From: an uncultured bacterium | Lineage (GTDB): Bacteria > Oederibacteriota > JAAXVQ01 > JAUVAV01 | Assembly: GCA_963710755.1 (NCBI GenBank) | Contig: CAVQBK010000003.1 | Location: 1,376,001 to 1,440,000, forward strand | DNA: 64,000 bases | Reading direction: 5' to 3' | In this document: piece after piece, positions 59,315-64,000 of the stretch | Numbering within the stretch: position 1 is the stretch's first letter | How the letters are laid out: every line of letters begins with the position of its first letter | Program-made: the position numbers and the translations under genes | Notes under the pieces: generated by a model | The model's database searches: none | What the model was told of the DNA's origin: nothing | Seen by the model: only the letters and a program-made list of their open reading frames with translations

Positions 59315-60090
59315 TGAAAAGTATTATTCACGCCCTGCAGGAAGGCCGGCTCATCGAGCTGCCCGAGAGCGATAAAGACAAATGCTTGGAATATCTGGCC
59401 CTGATGATCGAGGCTATCCCCGATATTCAGACCGATATGGATATTGTGGCAGCGGTCAAAGACCGCGAAGCCCAGAGCAATACGGCTATTGGCCGGGGCG
59501 TGGCTTGTCCTCATGTGCGTGTGCGCCAGGAAGGGGAATTGTTCTGCGCCCTGGGCTGGTCACCGCAGGGTGTGGACTATGGTGCGCCGGACAAGGAAAA
59601 GGTTCACCTTATTGTTATGTATTATATTCCGGAAGCCCAGAAAGGGGCTTATCTGAAGGAGGTGTCGGCCCTGGCCCAGGCCTTGTCCAGCACTGATGAA
59701 ATCAAAGCCCTGACTCAGATTGCCGATCTGTCCAGCCTGCGCAGTAAACTCCTGGACTGGGTGGAGCTGTCGCTGACCGCTGCTGCCCCGGCCACGGTGG
59801 CGCGCATGATCAAACTGGAAGAAAAGACCGCGGCCATGGAAGGCCTTAAGGCCGGCGCCAAAATTAAGGCTTTGAGTTTTTTTCTTGCCAAGAGTGAAGA
59901 TGATCAGCTTTTGGTGCTCTGCCAGGATCAAAGTCTGCGGGAAACACTGGAAAAAAACCAATCGGCTTTGCTCGGCCTCCTGTCCAATCAGGAGATGGCC
60001 CTGGCCGGCTACCAGGTGGTGGTACTCTCAACTAAAAATTTCAATGTCAACCGGAGTCTGTTGGAATGCGTAGCCATCCAGCTGTCCTGA
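59314..60090 (+). CDS. PTS EIIA (Ntr/Fru type) domain protein with C-terminal extension
   Basis: DRE..SNTAIGRGVACPH (phospho-His) and GVDYGAPD...VHL. TGATG coupling to mgtA. Confidence 0.85.
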   Translation: MKSIIHALQEGRLIELPESDKDKCLEYLALMIEAIPDIQTDMDIVAAVKDREAQSNTAIGRGVACPHVRVRQEGELFCALGWSPQGVDYGAPDKEKVHLIVMYYIPEAQKGAYLKEVSALAQALSSTDEIKALTQIADLSSLRSKLLDWVELSLTAAAPATVARMIKLEEKTAAMEGLKAGAKIKALSFFLAKSEDDQLLVLCQDQSLRETLEKNQSALLGLLSNQEMALAGYQVVVLSTKNFNVNRSLLECVAIQLS

Positions 60091-60197
60091 GACTGTAGTT
60101 GACAACTGGTCATACGGTAAAGTCGTTGACCGTGGATCTCAAGATAAGTTATATGTATTCCAACCATGATGATTTATTTTCAGGAGGGTTAAGCGTT

Positions 60198-61391
60198 ATG
60201 TCCAAGGCTATATTTCACCAATCACAACGATGGCAGATGGTTGGCCTTTACGCCCTGGTGGCGGGAGTGAATCAAATGCTGTGGCTCAACTTCGCGCCCC
60301 TGTTGTTACAGATTCAAAAGACCTATCAAGTTTCGGAGCTGCTGGCAAGTGCCTTGTTGCTTGTTTTTCCCTTATTATATATTTTGCTTGCCCTGCCGGC
60401 CGGGGAAATGACCGACCGTTTGGGTTACAAAGTGACCATCAGTATTGGCGCCGTGGTGATGGCCCTGTTTGCTTTTGTCAGGCTGGGCACGGGCAGCTTC
60501 TGGGTGCTGCTTTTGGGCCAGACGGGCATTGCCATCAGCCAGCCTTTTATCCTCAATGGGATTTCCAAACTGGCGGCCGACTGGTTTGCAGAGGAGGAAA
60601 TGGCTCTGGCCAATGGTTTGGGCTCACTGGGCATGTTTGTGGGTATGTCCGTCGGGATGGCCCTTACGCCTTGGCTTGTTCATAAGACCGGCATGACCTC
60701 AGCCATGCTGATTTTTGCCCTGGTGACCTTGCTCGTGACGGCTGCTTTTATATTCGGGGTGAAGGAAAATGAAAGCAAATCGGAACTGACGGCAGCCATC
60801 TCCATGAAGGATATTGTTCATCTGTTGCAAAACCGGCAATTGGTTTTGGTGTTTTTGCTTTCCTTCATCGGCTTGGGCGTATTCAATGGGTTGGCCACCT
60901 GGCTGGAAGCGATTTTGGCGCCGTACCATATTTCCGCCGAAGCGGCTGGCCTGATCGGCGGCATGCTCACCATTGGCGGCATCGTGGGCGCTGTGGTCCT
61001 GCCTTTGCTGTCTGATCATTTCCGGCGGCGCAAACCTTTCTTGGTGATTAATTTTATAGCCGCGCTTATTTTAATTTATCCCTTAGGTACCAGCAGTCAG
61101 GTTCACAGCGCCTTGATGCTGAGTGTGTCTCTTGGTTTTTTGATGTTGCCGGCCTTTGCTTTGCTGCTCACCATGTCGGAGGAATTGGTGGGCGTGCAGC
61201 GGGCAGGTACAGCGGCCGGTATTTTAATGCTGACCGGCAATCTGGGAGCCGTGGTGATTCCCGTTGCCATGAGTTTGAGCAAAGGTCAGTCTGCTTATTG
61301 GACCAATGCCGTTTTTCTCCTGCTGGCTTTCGTAGCCTTGGGATTGGGCCTGCTCTTCTGGACCAAAGAAACCTACCGCCAAGTAGCATGA
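60198..61391 (+). CDS. MFS transporter (FLVCR-like)
   Basis: NQMLWLNFAP, GEMTDRLG, QPF..N and LSDHFRRRKP. Confidence 0.88.
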   Translation: MSKAIFHQSQRWQMVGLYALVAGVNQMLWLNFAPLLLQIQKTYQVSELLASALLLVFPLLYILLALPAGEMTDRLGYKVTISIGAVVMALFAFVRLGTGSFWVLLLGQTGIAISQPFILNGISKLAADWFAEEEMALANGLGSLGMFVGMSVGMALTPWLVHKTGMTSAMLIFALVTLLVTAAFIFGVKENESKSELTAAISMKDIVHLLQNRQLVLVFLLSFIGLGVFNGLATWLEAILAPYHISAEAAGLIGGMLTIGGIVGAVVLPLLSDHFRRRKPFLVINFIAALILIYPLGTSSQVHSALMLSVSLGFLMLPAFALLLTMSEELVGVQRAGTAAGILMLTGNLGAVVIPVAMSLSKGQSAYWTNAVFLLLAFVALGLGLLFWTKETYRQVA

Positions 61392-61525
61392 TGATAAGCA
61401 ATTCACATTGAAACCAGTCTGAAATAAGATACAATGACCGGGAATTTTATGAGGTGACAGGCGATGTCCATCCTGACCGTAATTTGTGATGGTTATAAAG
61501 CAATTGAAGAAAGCGTGGTGAACAA

Positions 61526-62986
61526 ATGTTTAAACAGATGATAGCTAGGCTCGCTATGACCCTATTGGTGACCGCTGTAGGAGCCATGGCCTGGGCAGGG
61601 GAGACCATAACGGCCGAGCAGTATATGAGCCAGGTGGAGCGAGTCAATCCCGACCTGCGCGGCATCGATTTAACCTTGCAAGCCATGGGTCTCAAGGTAT
61701 TGGAACTGGACATGGTGTATTCACCTTTTTTGAGTGCCAGCTATGCCACCATGGATGATAAAAGCGGTTCTTCTTTCGGGGCATCGCTGCCCATGGATGA
61801 AGTCAAAGGCGATCAGTGGAGCTTTTCCTTGGGAAAAAAGTTTCCCACCGGCACGTCGCTCAGTCTGAACTACACTCATTCCGATTCCACCATTTCGCTT
61901 TTGCAGCCCACGAATTTCGGATTTGGCCCTATGAGTGTCTTTGATGCTTTTGAAAACAAGCCCGTTGTGCAATTAAGGCAATCGCTGCTGCGTGATTTCT
62001 GGTATGGCCTTACCCAGGTGGGCATTGACAAAGCCAAGGCTTCGGTGCGTTCCGGTCAGTATCTGCAGTTATTCCAAAGGCAACAATTGCTGCTGAATGC
62101 CCGCTTGGCTTATTGGAATCTGGTCTTGGCCAGGGAAGTGGTGCGGTTCCGACAGACCTCTTTGGAACGATCGCAGACCTTGCTGCAATGGAACCAGAAA
62201 CGGGTTGGGTTGGATTTGACCGACAGCGGTGATTGGCTGCAGGCTCAGGCTGCCTTCAAGAGCCGCCAGCTCAGTTTGCAACTGGCGCAGGAAGAACTGG
62301 TCAATGCCCAACGCGATTTCAATGAGTTGTTGGGCAATACCACAACAGCCGTGATTATGGAGTTGGAGAACCTGGCTGATAAGGTTACTCAATTTTCCGA
62401 TGTGGCGGACTTGACGCGCTCCGGCGAGCGGGCTGATGTGCTGGCGGCGCGCGCGGCTTATGCGAGCAGTGCCTTGGCGGACCGGGAGACCTTTTTTCGG
62501 TCTCTGCCTGAGTTGACTTTGTCTGCTTCCTATTCTTTGTATGGGCTTGATCTAACATCACAAGCAGCCTGGGACCAGGTGGCTCGCGGGGACAAACCGG
62601 CTTACACAGTGGCACTGAATAGTACCATTCCCCTTGATTTTTGGACCCTTGATAAAGTGCGTCAAGGTTACCGCAAGGATTTTGAAGCAGCCAAAGCTCA
62701 TTTGGAAAAGGCGGAACTCAAGTCACGCCATGATTGGGGCAAACTGAGCCAAACCTGGAAGGATGTTAAAACCCGACTAACCTTGGCCCAGGAGATCAAA
62801 ACTATTCAGGAAAAACGGTTGGCCCATGAGCAGCGCCGATTTGAACGGGGCCGGTCCACCACTTTTCAGGTGATCACGGCAGAAAACGATTTGGACGATG
62901 CCAATTTGAATGTTTACCGCCTGGTGTTTGAAGAACTGGTAACCCATGCCCAGGCGGCATTGTTTGATACCCAACCTCTCCAATAG
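61526..62986 (+). CDS. TolC-family outer membrane channel
   Basis: Signal peptide, QSLLR, AYWNLV and RFERGRSTTFQV...E; helical repeats. Confidence 0.85.
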   Translation: MFKQMIARLAMTLLVTAVGAMAWAGETITAEQYMSQVERVNPDLRGIDLTLQAMGLKVLELDMVYSPFLSASYATMDDKSGSSFGASLPMDEVKGDQWSFSLGKKFPTGTSLSLNYTHSDSTISLLQPTNFGFGPMSVFDAFENKPVVQLRQSLLRDFWYGLTQVGIDKAKASVRSGQYLQLFQRQQLLLNARLAYWNLVLAREVVRFRQTSLERSQTLLQWNQKRVGLDLTDSGDWLQAQAAFKSRQLSLQLAQEELVNAQRDFNELLGNTTTAVIMELENLADKVTQFSDVADLTRSGERADVLAARAAYASSALADRETFFRSLPELTLSASYSLYGLDLTSQAAWDQVARGDKPAYTVALNSTIPLDFWTLDKVRQGYRKDFEAAKAHLEKAELKSRHDWGKLSQTWKDVKTRLTLAQEIKTIQEKRLAHEQRRFERGRSTTFQVITAENDLDDANLNVYRLVFEELVTHAQAALFDTQPLQ

Positions 62987-63001
62987 AAGGGAAAGCGTGT
63001 T

Positions 63002-64000
63002 ATGAATTTAGCCAAATTATCCATTAAACGGCCGACTTTCATTATGGCCATCCTGGTGATTATGCTGCTGGTGGGCCTGTTGATGATGAGCCGTATGAGC
63101 GTGGACATGTTTCCTGATGTCAATTTTCCATTTATCAGCGTGACCACTATCTATCCTGGTGCCGGGCCCAAGGAAGCGGAGACACTGATTTCTAAGGTTT
63201 TGGAAGAGCAGATCGCTTCCGTTTCAGGTCTGAAAAATGTTACCTCCGTGTCCCAAGACGGTGTGTCCATGGTGTGGGGGGAGTTTACTCTGGAGACCGA
63301 TCCCCGTTATGCGGAACAGCAAATCAAGGACAAAGTAGCCCAGGTGCGCAATCGGTTTCCGGCCGATGCCAAGGAGCCGGTGATAAAACGCTACGACCCA
63401 GCCGACCGGCCGGTGGTCATGATGAGTCTGACCGCCGCGCTGCCGCAGGATAAGCTCTATGATCTGGCCGACAATACCATCCGCAATACCTTTGAACAAG
63501 TCTCCAATGTAAGCAGTGTAGAGATCGTAGGCGGCAGCAAACGCGAGATCCATGTGGACCTGGACCTGGACAAATTAAAGGACTATGAAGTAAGTGTCTC
63601 CCAGGTTGCCGGCCGGTTGAGCGCCAACAGCCAGAACATTCCTATTGGCAAGGTCACCAAAGGTCATCGGGAGCTGTCCTTCCGTAGTCTGGGGGAACTC
63701 CATAACCTCAAGCAAGTGCGCAATGCGGTGGTTAGCTTTTACGGCAACGATGTGCCTGTGACCGTGAGTGAACTGGGAAAAGTCCGCGACAGTGTGCAGG
63801 AAGTGAAGACCAAAGGGTATCTTAACGGTAAGTCCACCGTGGTTATTAATGTATACAAACAATCGGGGGCCAATACGGTTGAAGTTTCAGATACCGTGCA
63901 AAAACGACTGCAGGAACTCAACCAGTCTTTGGGCAAAACGCCGGGCGCACCCAAACTGACCCTGGTGCAAGACTCAGCGCGGGGTATCCGGCTCAATCTG
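63002..64000 (+). CDS. RND efflux permease (AcrB/AcrD/AcrF family), 3'-partial
   Basis: Manual translation: MNLAKLSIKRP...DMFPDVNFP..SVTTIYPGAGPKE.E. Runs off the window end. Confidence 0.92.
   Translation, partial: MNLAKLSIKRPTFIMAILVIMLLVGLLMMSRMSVDMFPDVNFPFISVTTIYPGAGPKEAETLISKVLEEQIASVSGLKNVTSVSQDGVSMVWGEFTLETDPRYAEQQIKDKVAQVRNRFPADAKEPVIKRYDPADRPVVMMSLTAALPQDKLYDLADNTIRNTFEQVSNVSSVEIVGGSKREIHVDLDLDKLKDYEVSVSQVAGRLSANSQNIPIGKVTKGHRELSFRSLGELHNLKQVRNAVVSFYGNDVPVTVSELGKVRDSVQEVKTKGYLNGKSTVVINVYKQSGANTVEVSDTVQKRLQELNQSLGKTPGAPKLTLVQDSARGIRLNL

Noticed and set aside
1-64000. CRISPR array, rRNA or intact tRNA
   Set aside because: I saw no regularly spaced repeat-spacer series and no rRNA-like tract. 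The only tRNA-like sequence is a 23-nt degenerate 3' fragment.
61526-64000. RND system lacking a membrane fusion protein
   Set aside because: The window ends inside the permease, so the adaptor gene may lie downstream.

Overview
A 64-kb bacterial window from a diderm, probably anaerobe-leaning organism (OmpA, TolC and beta-barrel genes plus an Orange-protein-like Fe-S cluster). I found no rRNA, intact tRNA or CRISPR array. Contents in order: (1) an Fe-S/metallocluster operon with a PLP C-S lyase, a ferredoxin-insert MinD ATPase, an IscU/NifU-Mrp fusion, a NifB/NifX protein, a C_GCAxxG_C_C protein and a thioesterase; (2) an AT-rich RAYT-like HUH transposase bounded by 29-bp inverted repeats, lying between two truncated genes; (3) ferredoxin plus fatty acid desaturase; (4) a stress/osmotic block flanked by IS3 and RAYT scars (csbD, DUF4398/OmpA, cbpA-cbpM, cyclic beta-1,2-glucan synthase); (5) a PepSY/two-component/COG4705 islet ending at a decayed tRNA-like 3' end; (6) about 30 kb of accessory genes, including an ABC exporter, an AlkZ+ATL repair pair, DUF2239 with a perfect 26-bp operator, a DUF4266-DUF3570-ApbE-CcdA-TlpA redox operon, pirin, a ZIP transporter, a radical SAM enzyme and a fragmented hrpB; (7) mgtA coupled to a PTS EIIA-like gene, an MFS transporter, tolC and a partial RND pump. 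Several single-base frameshifts could be real decay or consensus errors. All family calls come from motif recognition by eye; no database searches were run.
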